Positions 26,676 through 36,567 are shown, counted from the first letter of the stretch. The stretch: DNA of 36,877 bases from Candidatus Micrarchaeota archaeon (GCA_013153395.1 JAADEL010000049.1:1-36877), one strand, 5' to 3'. The notes: generated by a model not told the origin, from the letters alone. Numbers and translations are program-made.

Positions 26676-29198
26676 ATGTTAAGCGGAATGATAACTAGGG
26701 TGGAGCCCCAACACACCGATAAAGAAATCTTGGATATGCTGGACGAGGATGTAGCTCTATGGTTTAAAACTACCTATAGGTCCTTTACCCCTCCTCAGAA
26801 GATTGCCATACCTGAAATCATAAAGAAGGAAAATGTGCTTGTGAGCTCGCCTACTGGTTCGGGAAAAACGCTCTCGGCTTTTCTCGGGATATTGGATGAG
26901 CTCATAAAGCTTCATAAGCAAAAAAAGCTAGAACGCAAGATATATGCCCTTTATGTTTCTCCGCTGCGGGCCCTCAACAACGATATCAAGAGGAACTTGA
27001 TAGATGTGATGGAATCCCTCAAGCGGTTCTATCCTACAGAGGATATAAAAATAGGGGTGTGGACAGGAGATACTACGCAAGCAGAAAGGGACAAGATGCG
27101 CAGGAATCCTCCTCATATCTTGATCACAACACCTGAGTCCCTGACAATAATGCTAAGCACCAGCATGCTCAAGCATCTTAAGGAGATAGAATGGGCCATT
27201 GTGGATGAGATACATGCTTTGGCTGACAACAAGAGAGGGGCTTTGCTCTCTGTCTCCTTGGAAAGGATAGCCCACTATAAGGAGTTTGTGCGCATAGGTC
27301 TCTCTGCTACCATCCACCCGCTAGAGGAGGTTGCCAAGTATCTTGTAGGGCCTAAGAGGAAGTGCAAGGTGGCCGATGTCACCTATAGCAAGGCCTTTGA
27401 GGTAGATTCAGAAAGCGTGATGGACAACTTTATCTATGAGCCTGACGAAAAGGTATTTGTAAACTTGATGAACTTCTTGGCAAAAAAGGTGATGGAGAAC
27501 AAAACCACCTTGATCTTTACCAACACACGCTCAGGAGCAGAGGCATTGGCCTTTCGCCTTAAACAATGGCTTAAAGGAAAGCTGCCGCCCGATGCTATTG
27601 AGGTCCATCACTCCAGCTTAAGCAGGAACAAAAGGCTGGAAGTAGAGGAAAGGATGAAAAGAGGAGAGCTCAAGGCCATATTCTCCTCCACAAGCCTTGA
27701 ACTAGGCATAGATATTGGATACATTGATTTGGTGATAATGATAAACTCGCCCAAGAGTGTGGCAAAGGCGGTCCAACGCATAGGAAGGGCAGGCCACCGG
27801 TTGCATGAGGTAAGCAGAGGAATCCTGCTAGGGTTGGATATGGATACCTTTATTGAGAACTCCATTATTGTGAAAAACATCCGGGAGAGGCATTATGATA
27901 AAACTAAGGTAATCAAGAATGCACTTGATGTGCTTGCTCAGCATATCATAGGTATGGCTGCTCAAGAGGAGAAACTTTCCTTAGAGGAGATAAAAAAGAT
28001 TATTTACAAAACCTATACCTATGGGGAGTTGCCCGAGGAGAGTTTTGAAGGCTTGATTGAATATCTGAAGGGATTTAGTCCGTTGTTCAGGCCTAAGATT
28101 ATTGTGGATGAGAATGAGGTAAGGCTCCACCCTGCCATGAAACGATTCTTTTATTGGAGAGGGGTTGGAACAATACCTTCGGAAATCAAGCTAGATGTCA
28201 TAGATATAGAGAACCATCGTAAGATAGGGGATTTGGATGAGGTGTTTGCTGAGGAGCTTATGCCCGGAGATGTGTTTGTGATCGCCTCCAAGCCCTATCG
28301 CGTGATGAGGATCTTTAACAACGTGGTATATGTGAAAAAGGCGCCTGAGAAAGAGCCCCAAATCCCAAGATGGGTGTCAGAGGTGCTCCCGCTAGGATAT
28401 GAGATTGCATTAGATATTGAGAGCTTTCGCACCAACGCCCAGTCCATGGATGCTCAGGAGATTGCTACCCTCCTTCAAATCTACCCCAAGTATGCTAATC
28501 AGATAAAGGAATACTTAGAAGAACAGGCCCAGTATGCCGTGGTGCCTGATGAGAAAACCTTTTTGGTGGAGAAGATAGAGGAGGATGACAAAAACTATTA
28601 TATCTTTCACACAGTAGCGGGTCGAAGAGCCAACGAAGCCATATCCAAGGTATTTTCTTCCATCGTGGCAAAGGCCCATCGCATAGATGTAAGAAGCTTG
28701 TTCAACGACTATGGATTTGTGATCGTGCTGCCTTGGGACATCGAGCTCACCAAATCCGAAATCAAAAACATGCTCAATATCTCGCAGGAGGAGTTTTTGC
28801 GAGAGCTCAAGCAGGTGCTCAAGAACACGGAGCGGTTTAAACTTCGGTTTAGGCATATTGCAGAAAGGGCGTTTGCTATCGTGAAACAAAAGGACCCCAG
28901 GTTCAGCACATTGGCTATCTCTAATAGGTTGTTGGAGGAGCTGTTTGAAACCGATCCTGAGCATCCCCTTATCCAAGAAACCTACAATGAGATTATGAAC
29001 TATGACCTGCGTATAGACGAAGCCCTCGATTACCTAAAGAAGGTGAGAAAGCGCAAGTTGGAGTTGTTGCCTCTCTCTATGCCCAGTCCCTTTGCTTGGA
29101 ACATCCTCTATGCAAGCCACTCAGGAGACGTGGTAAACATCAAGAGCAGGAGAGAGCTTATAAGGGAGCTCCATCAAAAGATAAAGGAGATGCTATGA
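26676..29198 (+). CDS. lhr: Lhr-Core SF2 helicase
   Basis: TPPQ, SPTGSGKT, SPLRALNND, TTPESL, DEIH, KRG, GLSAT, HHSSL, SLELGIDIG, QRIGRAGH. The start may be 26688. Confidence 0.93.
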   Translation: MLSGMITRVEPQHTDKEILDMLDEDVALWFKTTYRSFTPPQKIAIPEIIKKENVLVSSPTGSGKTLSAFLGILDELIKLHKQKKLERKIYALYVSPLRALNNDIKRNLIDVMESLKRFYPTEDIKIGVWTGDTTQAERDKMRRNPPHILITTPESLTIMLSTSMLKHLKEIEWAIVDEIHALADNKRGALLSVSLERIAHYKEFVRIGLSATIHPLEEVAKYLVGPKRKCKVADVTYSKAFEVDSESVMDNFIYEPDEKVFVNLMNFLAKKVMENKTTLIFTNTRSGAEALAFRLKQWLKGKLPPDAIEVHHSSLSRNKRLEVEERMKRGELKAIFSSTSLELGIDIGYIDLVIMINSPKSVAKAVQRIGRAGHRLHEVSRGILLGLDMDTFIENSIIVKNIRERHYDKTKVIKNALDVLAQHIIGMAAQEEKLSLEEIKKIIYKTYTYGELPEESFEGLIEYLKGFSPLFRPKIIVDENEVRLHPAMKRFFYWRGVGTIPSEIKLDVIDIENHRKIGDLDEVFAEELMPGDVFVIASKPYRVMRIFNNVVYVKKAPEKEPQIPRWVSEVLPLGYEIALDIESFRTNAQSMDAQEIATLLQIYPKYANQIKEYLEEQAQYAVVPDEKTFLVEKIEEDDKNYYIFHTVAGRRANEAISKVFSSIVAKAHRIDVRSLFNDYGFVIVLPWDIELTKSEIKNMLNISQEEFLRELKQVLKNTERFKLRFRHIAERAFAIVKQKDPRFSTLAISNRLLEELFETDPEHPLIQETYNEIMNYDLRIDEALDYLKKVRKRKLELLPLSMPSPFAWNILYASHSGDVVNIKSRRELIRELHQKIKEML

Positions 29199-29869
29199 TG
29201 CACCCATGGGGAGCAATAATACTGGATGGTGCGGTGGTTGCCTCGGATTTGCATCTAGGACTGGAGCTCTCTCTGGGATTGCCCATGGAGCTTCACACCA
29301 AGCGCATTCTTCAAAGATTGCAGACCTTGCTCAAGAAATATGATGCCAACCTCCTGATCTTAGCAGGAGATGTTAAGGATGATTTTGGGATGTCCCATAT
29401 TCAGCCTTTGAGATATTTCTTCCGCGAGATCTTCAAGGACGTGGATATTGTGGTAACCAAAGGAAATCATGATAACTATATTGAGGCCATCATCGGAGAT
29501 TGGGCCGATATTGTGGAAAGCTACCGCTACAAGGAGTATATAATCTCTCATGGGCACAAGGAGATCGATCCCGAGGGAAAAACCCTGATTATAGGAAATG
29601 ACCACCCCATAATCAGCTTTCGGACAAAGACAGGTGGAAAGCGAAGATATAGAGCGTTTTTAAAGTTTGAGGACCTAATAGTTATGCCCTCCTTTAACTG
29701 GCTTAGCCCGGGGAATGATGTGCTTCGGACCTTTAAGTATTCCTCCCCTAATCTCAAGAAAAAGGATATCAACGAAGCCGAGGTATGGGTATCGGATGAG
29801 GAGGAGCTCTATAACTTTGGCAAGCTGGGTCAATTGAGGTTGAAGCTGGATGAACTCTCTCCTAAATAA
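29195..29869 (+). CDS. Metallophosphoesterase, Lhr/ligase-associated MPE-like
   Basis: SDLHLG, AGDVK, GNHD, HGH, GNDHP, VMPSFN. ATGA overlap with the lhr stop. Confidence 0.85.
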   Translation: MMHPWGAIILDGAVVASDLHLGLELSLGLPMELHTKRILQRLQTLLKKYDANLLILAGDVKDDFGMSHIQPLRYFFREIFKDVDIVVTKGNHDNYIEAIIGDWADIVESYRYKEYIISHGHKEIDPEGKTLIIGNDHPIISFRTKTGGKRRYRAFLKFEDLIVMPSFNWLSPGNDVLRTFKYSSPNLKKKDINEAEVWVSDEEELYNFGKLGQLRLKLDELSPK

Positions 29870-31088
29870 GATAAGGAAAAGGTTGGCTGCTCTGGAAAGC
29901 CCTACAATAATCCACCACTATGATGCAGATGGGATCTCATCGGCAGCGATTATTGAACTTTTTCTAGAAAAGATGGGCAAAAAGGTGGAAAAAATCTCAT
30001 TGAAGGTGCTAGATAATGAGAATTTGTCCAAGATAAAGGACATTCCTGAAAAGGTAATAGTGGATTTTGGGACCAATGTGGGGGATCAGCTGCCTGATGC
30101 TATTATTATTGACCATCACACTCCTCAGGCCCAATACCCCAATGTTTTCAATCCTCATTATTTTGGAATTGATGGAAGCAGAGAGGCCTCTACGTCCAGC
30201 TTGGCCGCTCTTATCACAGGCGAAAACGAGGACATTGCCTTAATCGGGATCACAGGAGATAGGCAACCCTTTGTGGGCATCAACAAACAGCATCTGGACC
30301 AGGCCATAGAAAAGGGGTTGGTAGAGGTAATAGAGGATATAAAGCTGTTTGGGAGAAGAAGTAGACCGGTTCATGTGATGCTAACCTATGCCTTTCCCGA
30401 TTTTCTCCAAAGCCCGAAACAGGTTCATGCTTTTCTGAAACGCCTTAACATCCGAGTGAAAGAAGGAGTAAGATGGCTTACGTATGAAGAGCTTTCTTTA
30501 GAAGAGAAAGTAAGGTTGGCAAGCGCCATTGTGGAAAAGGCCCTTTATATGTGGGGCATTGAAAAGATAGACGAAGTCTATGGAACCAATTATATCTTGA
30601 GGCGCTGGAGCTATGACCTAAAAGAGATTACCACTATCGTAAATGCCACTGGAAGGCAGGGTAAGTCCGAAGTAGGGATTGCTATATGTAAAGGGGACCT
30701 TAAGGCCCTTCAAGAAGGTCTAAGGCTGTTGAAAAAACATCAGCGGGAGGTTGCTAAAGGCTTGAGGTTGGCAGAAAACGAGCTTGAAGATATGGGGGGA
30801 TTCTATCTCTTGGATGGAAGGGGTAAGGTGTCGGATGGAGTGATTGGAGTGGTAATCTCGATTTTGGAAAGGGATTATGATAGGCCATTAGTAGGGATCG
30901 CCTACGATGGAGAGAGGATAAAGCTTAGCATGCGAGGTTCCAACATCCATGTGGGAAAGGTGATAGAGGAGGTGTTGAAAGAAGTGGATGGCATAGGTGG
31001 AGGACATGAAAGGGCAGGGGGCGCCCATCTCGAACAAGAAGACCTTGAGAGATTCCTGGAGGTTTTAAATAAGAAACTGAGAAAATAA
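29850..31088 (+). CDS. RecJ-like DHH/DHHA1 phosphoesterase (GAN/HAN-like)
   Basis: HYDADG, VDFG, IDHH, NPHYFGIDG, NATGR, GGGHERAGG. Confidence 0.88.
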   Translation: MNSLLNKIRKRLAALESPTIIHHYDADGISSAAIIELFLEKMGKKVEKISLKVLDNENLSKIKDIPEKVIVDFGTNVGDQLPDAIIIDHHTPQAQYPNVFNPHYFGIDGSREASTSSLAALITGENEDIALIGITGDRQPFVGINKQHLDQAIEKGLVEVIEDIKLFGRRSRPVHVMLTYAFPDFLQSPKQVHAFLKRLNIRVKEGVRWLTYEELSLEEKVRLASAIVEKALYMWGIEKIDEVYGTNYILRRWSYDLKEITTIVNATGRQGKSEVGIAICKGDLKALQEGLRLLKKHQREVAKGLRLAENELEDMGGFYLLDGRGKVSDGVIGVVISILERDYDRPLVGIAYDGERIKLSMRGSNIHVGKVIEEVLKEVDGIGGGHERAGGAHLEQEDLERFLEVLNKKLRK

Positions 31089-31092
31089 TAAC

Positions 31093-32175
31093 ATGGAGTT
31101 GTTAAAGAGATTGGTACAGATTCCCACTGTTAATTCTGAACATGGAGAAAAGGTAATTGAGATCGTGCTCAATGAGCTTCGGGATTTAGGATGTGAGCAC
31201 CGGATTTATGAGGTAGATGGAATAAAGAGCTTGGTGGTAAGGTGTAAAGGAGAAGGTCCTTTGCTTGCCTTTAACGGGCACTATGATGTTGTTCCAGTAA
31301 GTGAAGGTTGGACAAAGGATCCTTTCGGAGCGGAGATAGAAGGCGGAAAGCTTTATGGGCGTGGAGCAAGCGATATGAAAGGAGGTTTAGTAGCGAGCAT
31401 AGAGGCCTTTAAGGAACTGGCAAAGCAAGGAAAGAATGTGATGCTAATGGTTGTAGGGGATGAAGAGAAAGGAGGAAAAAGAGGAACAAAGGCAGTGTTG
31501 GAGATGCTGGAAGAAAAACCCCGTTATGTGCTGGTGACAGAAGGTATGCAAGGGGATATAAACTTCGGAGATTCTATTAAGGTGGGAAGGAGAGGCGTAG
31601 CTTGGTTTGATATTGTTATAAAGGGGGTCCCAGGGCATGCCTCCAATCCTCAAAAAGCCCGTAATCCTGCAGATGGCTTGCTTCTTCTCCTAAGTACCTT
31701 AAAAACCTTGAAGCTAAATGATGCTCCAGAGATGATTCCCACCACTATTGTCCCTACTTATATAGAGATGGATGGTGGAGCGCTGAATGTAATACCGGAG
31801 CAAGCTAGAGTAGGCATAGATATGAGATACAACTACAACATCGAGCCTGTCGAGGTAATGAAATCCTTGGTGGAGATCCTAGAAAAGGCGGGCTATAATG
31901 CCCGATACGAGGTAAAGATATTGGAGCCTGCCTTTTTCAATCGCGATAAGAGATTCCTGGAGATAGTGCAAGGGGTAATGAGGAGAAAGGGATATATTGC
32001 TAGACCAGATACTCAAGGAGGTTCTTCAGATGCCCGGTTCTTTGCGGCGATGGGCATACCGGTGCTGGAGATAGGAACTCGTGCCTTTAACATCCACTCT
32101 ACTGATGAATATGTAATACTGGAAGATGTGGAAAAACTGAAGGAGTTATTGGTGGAGATAGGAAATGCGCTTTGA
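31093..32175 (+). CDS. M20 family metallopeptidase (ArgE/DapE-like)
   Basis: FNGHYDVVP, YGRGASDMKGG, DEE, GHAS, NVIP, GGSSDARFF, HSTDEY. Confidence 0.9.
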   Translation: MELLKRLVQIPTVNSEHGEKVIEIVLNELRDLGCEHRIYEVDGIKSLVVRCKGEGPLLAFNGHYDVVPVSEGWTKDPFGAEIEGGKLYGRGASDMKGGLVASIEAFKELAKQGKNVMLMVVGDEEKGGKRGTKAVLEMLEEKPRYVLVTEGMQGDINFGDSIKVGRRGVAWFDIVIKGVPGHASNPQKARNPADGLLLLLSTLKTLKLNDAPEMIPTTIVPTYIEMDGGALNVIPEQARVGIDMRYNYNIEPVEVMKSLVEILEKAGYNARYEVKILEPAFFNRDKRFLEIVQGVMRRKGYIARPDTQGGSSDARFFAAMGIPVLEIGTRAFNIHSTDEYVILEDVEKLKELLVEIGNAL

Positions 32176-32746
32176 GAATAAGATGTTGATAGCTTATTTT
32201 GGGTATGCGGCCAAACAAGCTTTAGAGGGGAAAGAACCCTATCTTATCCAACATATCTGGGATGAGCTTAAGCAACTCCCAGAAGACCAACTTCACCGCC
32301 TAATGAAAGGAGATAGAAGGCTGTTGAAAAGAAAATGGATAGAGGATTTCCAAGCTTGGAGATGGTGGAGGGCAGAACGATTTTATCTCCATGGCCCTGC
32401 CATAACTGTCTCTCCTCTAGAGAGAGATGCATGGTTTAGCATAAGGAGTGCTTTAGAGGAATTTTACATCAGTTTAGGATATATTGTGCCTTCGGTAAAG
32501 TATTATGACCTCACTATTCAAAAGGATGGAAAAACCTATCAAGGATTGATTACTCCAAGGTTCCAGCTTATCTTCATAGGTGATGTTCCTGAAGAAAAAC
32601 CTCTCCCTTATTTTTCCATCTACAAGGTGGATAACTTGCTAGGAGAGATGAGTATTCCTATATATCAGGCACGCATTAAATCCGCTTTAGTTCCTTTGCT
32701 TTCAGGTGGCATAGTGAATGAAAGCCTGATCGTGCATAGGGTGTGA
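32165..32746 (+). CDS. Hypothetical protein, possible inactive restriction-endonuclease-like fold
   Basis: 193-aa ORF overlapping the M20 stop. LEEFYISLGYIV...YDLTIQKDGKTY pattern. Confidence 0.65.
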   Translation: MRFENKMLIAYFGYAAKQALEGKEPYLIQHIWDELKQLPEDQLHRLMKGDRRLLKRKWIEDFQAWRWWRAERFYLHGPAITVSPLERDAWFSIRSALEEFYISLGYIVPSVKYYDLTIQKDGKTYQGLITPRFQLIFIGDVPEEKPLPYFSIYKVDNLLGEMSIPIYQARIKSALVPLLSGGIVNESLIVHRV

Positions 32747-32799
32747 CAAATTCGCTTCGCTAGCTGTGCAAAAATGTTTAAAACTTGCACACTGAGAAA

Positions 32800-33757
32800 A
32801 ATAAAACAGGTATAATCTGCATTGGAAAGGTCCTTTAGAGGTTTCTGCTATTAAAAGAGATACTTTTCCAAACTCTGGTCCTATCTAGGATACAGGCTAG
32901 TGGTAGCATTGGTGGGGCCGCGTAAAGTGGGAAAAACTTTAGTTATGATGACGAGATAAAAGAACCTGCAGAGATTATTGAAGAATGGAGAAGAGCAGTA
33001 GGAAAGCCCATTAAAGGGAATTTTTATCTTTTTCTCGATGAGGTTCAGCAGCTCCCTAATTGGACAGGGAAGATCAAGGCCCTCTCAACTTAACATCCAT
33101 ATTGTATTGAGATATGTCCGATAGGGTTGCTGGCAGGTCGCTTGGTGGAAATAGAGGTGCCTCCGCTAACCTTTCCCGAGTATATGCGATTCAAAGGATA
33201 TAATGAATGCAACGAGGCTATCTACCAAGAGTATATGCTAAGACAGCTTCCTTTTTTGGCCCTTTATCCCATCGAAAGTCCAGATTATATAAAAAGCATT
33301 ATGGATAAGGTGCTCTATGGGGACATTATCCGAATCAAAGGGGATCGAGAGCTTGCCCTTGCATAATCTTGAAACAACCAGGACAGATTATAAAGACCTC
33401 TCACCTTGGAGTAAATCGCAATAAAGTGTCGGAGCACCTGAGGTTGCTAGAAGAGACCTTTAAGAAAACTCTATAATTATTCCCGAAATTCTAAAAAAGG
33501 AGGTGCGGGCCAAGAAGCATTATCCTTTTTATACTACCCTGCACGCCTATGCAGCTTTGCCTGAGTTTTCCTGAATGGTTGAGACAGAGGCGGCCTTTCA
33601 ACTAAATGCCCAGTATTTTTATTATGAGAGAGGGCGAGAGGTAGATTTTGTGGATGAGGACTGGGCGCTGGAGTGCAAGATGAAAAAGAGGATAAGAAGG
33701 CAAGAGCTCCGAACCTTGCTAAGCCTTCCCCAGCCCAAGAAATGTGTGCTCACTTAA
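32800..33757 (+). pseudogene. Decayed AAA+ ATPase (AAA_14 + DUF4143 type)
   Basis: Family motifs in order but broken by stops and frameshifts: GPRKVGKT (32915-32938), FLDEVQ (about 33031-33048), LAGR...PLTFPEY, KVLYGDI, REVDFV...LECK. Confidence 0.85.
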
Positions 33758-33816
33758 ACTTTGTGTGATTTGCACAGGGCATGAGTTTATAAAATAATGG
33801 CTGGGAGTTAAGGGTT

Positions 33817-35745
33817 GTGAGGATAGTTATAGCAGAGAAGCCCAAGGTTGCCCAGAAGATTGCCTCTATTTTCAAAGGGCTTAAGCTCACGCCCTATAAA
33901 AAGATCCGCTATTTTAAAGGAGATGATTTGGCGGTTATCTCTGCTGTAGGTCATGTTTATAACCTGGCTGAAACCAAAAAGAGCTACCAATACCCGGTAT
34001 TTGATATAGAGTGGAAACCTGCCTATCTTGCCAACAAAAGCGCTGCCTACACCAAAGACTACGTGGAGCTTGCCCAGAAGCTTGCCCCCAAGGCAAAGGA
34101 GGTTATTGTTGCTACAGATTACGATACTGAAGGAAGCTTGATAGGATATAACCTGGCAAGGTTTACTATGCCGGGCAAGCCTCTCTATAGAATGAAGTTC
34201 TCCTCCATCACCTTGCCTGAGCTAAAGAAAGCATGGGAAAACCTCCAAGAGTTTGATTACAACAATGCCTTTGCCGGAGAAGCTCGGCACACCATAGATT
34301 GGTTTTATGGAATAAACCTCTCTAGGGCTTTGATGAGTGCTCTCAAAAAGGCGGGCATGTTCAAGATACTAAGCATAGGAAGGGTACAAGGTCCTACGTT
34401 GGATTTGGTGGTGAAACGAGAGCATGAGATAAGGGACTTTAAGCCGGAAATCTATTACGTGGTAAAGGCCAAGGGAAAGGGCGTGGAGTTTGATTATGGA
34501 AAAAGGATGAGCAAAGAAGAGGCCCAAGAGGTCTATGATAGGATAGGGAAATATGCCACAGTGGTAGATATAGAGAATAAGGAAGTGGAAGTAATGCCGC
34601 CTGTGCCTTTTGACCTTACCACCTTGCAGACCGAGGCCTACCGCATACATGGGATAACGCCTGCTCAAACGTTGAAGCTTGCCCAGGCACTCTATGAAGA
34701 AGGGCTGATAAGCTATCCGAGAACAAGCTCTCAAAAATATCCTCCTACTTTGCCCATTAGGAATATCCTTTCTCAGCTTGAAATCCATCAGGAGTATGCG
34801 GAACGATTGTTGGGCAAGGGAAGGTTGAGGCCGGTGCAAGGTAAGAAAGAGGACCCTGCCCACCCTGCCATCTACCCTACCGGAAACTATAAACCTCTGG
34901 AGGGGCAAGCAAAGAAATTATATGATTTGATTGTGAGGAGGTTCTTGGCTACTTTGTCTCCTCCTGCCCGCAAGGCAATAACTACTGTAACTATTGAAAG
35001 CAATGGTGTGAAACTGAAGGCTAAAGGAGAGCGCATCCTAGAGCCTGGTTTTATGGAGATTTATCCTTACGTGAGTTTGAAGAAAGAGCTACCAGACTTC
35101 GAACATGGTGAAACATTCCCTATTACCAAAAAGCTCTCCAAGGAGCAAACAAAGCCACCTGCCCGATATAATGAGGCATCTTTGGTAAAGGAGCTGGAGA
35201 AAAAGAACCTGGGAACAAAGGCCACCCGAGCAGTGATTGTTTCCACATTATTCGATCGAGACTATCTTACTAAGGAAGGAAAGCACATCCTGCCCACCGA
35301 GTTTGGAGAGGTAGTGAGGGAGGTGCTGAAAGAGAATGTTCCCACTATCTTAGATGAAGAGCTTACCCGCAGCTTGGAGAAAAAGATAGAGGGCATCCAA
35401 GAAGGAAAGATGGACAAGGAGGAAGTGATAGACGAGGCGAAGGAGATTGTATACAATATCTCCCAGGAGTTTAAAGAGAAGGAAGAGAAGATAGGAAAAG
35501 AACTGTTGAATGCCTTCCGAGCATATAGCGATAAACAAGAGGTATTGGGAAAGCATGTATGTGGAGGCAATCTCAGGCTAAAAAAGGGAAAAAAGAATTA
35601 TTATCTGTGGTGTGATAAGTGTAAGGAGGCCCATCCTCTTCCGCCTGGAGTGCCCTTCAAGATAAAGGATAATAAGCTGATGATGAAGAAAGGTAGGCGG
35701 TTTGTGGAGTTCCGGAACGAACAAATTGACAGCATGTTGGCATAG
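33817..35745 (+). CDS. topA: Type IA DNA topoisomerase
   Basis: IAEKP, AVGH, ATDYDTEG, SIGRVQGPTL, ISYPRT (catalytic Tyr), AHPAIYPT, GTKATR, C-terminal zinc-ribbon remnant. Confidence 0.95.
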   Translation: MRIVIAEKPKVAQKIASIFKGLKLTPYKKIRYFKGDDLAVISAVGHVYNLAETKKSYQYPVFDIEWKPAYLANKSAAYTKDYVELAQKLAPKAKEVIVATDYDTEGSLIGYNLARFTMPGKPLYRMKFSSITLPELKKAWENLQEFDYNNAFAGEARHTIDWFYGINLSRALMSALKKAGMFKILSIGRVQGPTLDLVVKREHEIRDFKPEIYYVVKAKGKGVEFDYGKRMSKEEAQEVYDRIGKYATVVDIENKEVEVMPPVPFDLTTLQTEAYRIHGITPAQTLKLAQALYEEGLISYPRTSSQKYPPTLPIRNILSQLEIHQEYAERLLGKGRLRPVQGKKEDPAHPAIYPTGNYKPLEGQAKKLYDLIVRRFLATLSPPARKAITTVTIESNGVKLKAKGERILEPGFMEIYPYVSLKKELPDFEHGETFPITKKLSKEQTKPPARYNEASLVKELEKKNLGTKATRAVIVSTLFDRDYLTKEGKHILPTEFGEVVREVLKENVPTILDEELTRSLEKKIEGIQEGKMDKEEVIDEAKEIVYNISQEFKEKEEKIGKELLNAFRAYSDKQEVLGKHVCGGNLRLKKGKKNYYLWCDKCKEAHPLPPGVPFKIKDNKLMMKKGRRFVEFRNEQIDSMLA

Positions 35746-35820
35746 TTTCAGTTTTTGAAACCATAGAAACGGGCATTTTTAAATATAAGTTAGCTTCCCT
35801 AGTAATTCGGGTGAGAAAAA

Positions 35821-36567
35821 ATGAACGTGCGATACGGTTTGTTGGCCCTGGTGATGCTGGGGCTGGTGTTTGCAATGCCTCCATGGGCAGGTACAGGACA
35901 GGCCCGTGGACCTAGTGCCGACCTAGCGCAGAATATAACAGGGAACTACAGTATTACTGAGGAAGAGATAGAGGGCTTGATCTACATGCTTCAGGAAGAG
36001 AAGCTAGCCAGAGATGTATATCTAACTCTATATGAAAAGTGGGGTGCCCAGATCTTTTACAACATCGCCCAATCTGAGCAAAGACACATGGACGCCGTGC
36101 TAGCAGTAATGGAAGCCTATGGAATAGAGAATCCTCTACCTAGCGATGACAGAGGGGTGTTCAGGGATCAGATGTTCGTGGATCTCTACAACCAGCTAGT
36201 AGAGGAGGGATCCCAATCCCTTGAGGCAGCTTTGCAAGTAGGTATCAAGATCGAGGAGCTTGACATTGCTGACCTTGAAGAGAGAATGGCAGTGGTAACC
36301 AACCCTGAGATCCTCCGAGTATATCAGAATCTCGAGGCTGGTTCTGAGAACCACCTAAGGGCTTTCAAGGCTCAGCTTGAGGGCACCACTCCTGGAGGAC
36401 AGGGACAGATGCAGGCAGGCCAAGGACAGCAGGGACCTCAGCAGCAGCCTAAGGTAGAGAGAAAGGTACTTCGATGGAGATTCCTAGGATTTACCATTGA
36501 AATCCCAGTGACTGTACAGGATGGCAAGATCATTGAGAAGCCTTGGTGGGCCTTCTTTATTCAGTAA
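35821..36567 (+). CDS. Secreted ferritin-like DUF2202-type protein
   Basis: Signal peptide, EEKLARDVY, SEQRH, EELDIADL, GSENHLRAF, G/Q linker, C-terminal KPWWAFF. GGTGA upstream. Confidence 0.85.
   Translation: MNVRYGLLALVMLGLVFAMPPWAGTGQARGPSADLAQNITGNYSITEEEIEGLIYMLQEEKLARDVYLTLYEKWGAQIFYNIAQSEQRHMDAVLAVMEAYGIENPLPSDDRGVFRDQMFVDLYNQLVEEGSQSLEAALQVGIKIEELDIADLEERMAVVTNPEILRVYQNLEAGSENHLRAFKAQLEGTTPGGQGQMQAGQGQQGPQQQPKVERKVLRWRFLGFTIEIPVTVQDGKIIEKPWWAFFIQ

Noticed and set aside
29096-29194. Extended ORF-track starts for MPE (29096), antiporter (16685) and Pus10 (26716)
   Set aside because: They overlap neighbouring genes; downstream starts fit coupling or TATA spacing better.
32800-33757. 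Stop-codon recoding or programmed frameshifting to rescue the ATPase
   Set aside because: There are multiple different stops and frame changes, and all other genes use the standard code with TAA, TAG and TGA as stops.
35745-35770. GTTTCA-N5-TGAAAC hairpin as a CRISPR repeat
   Set aside because: Single copy, unlike the terminal repeat candidate; more likely a terminator or operator.
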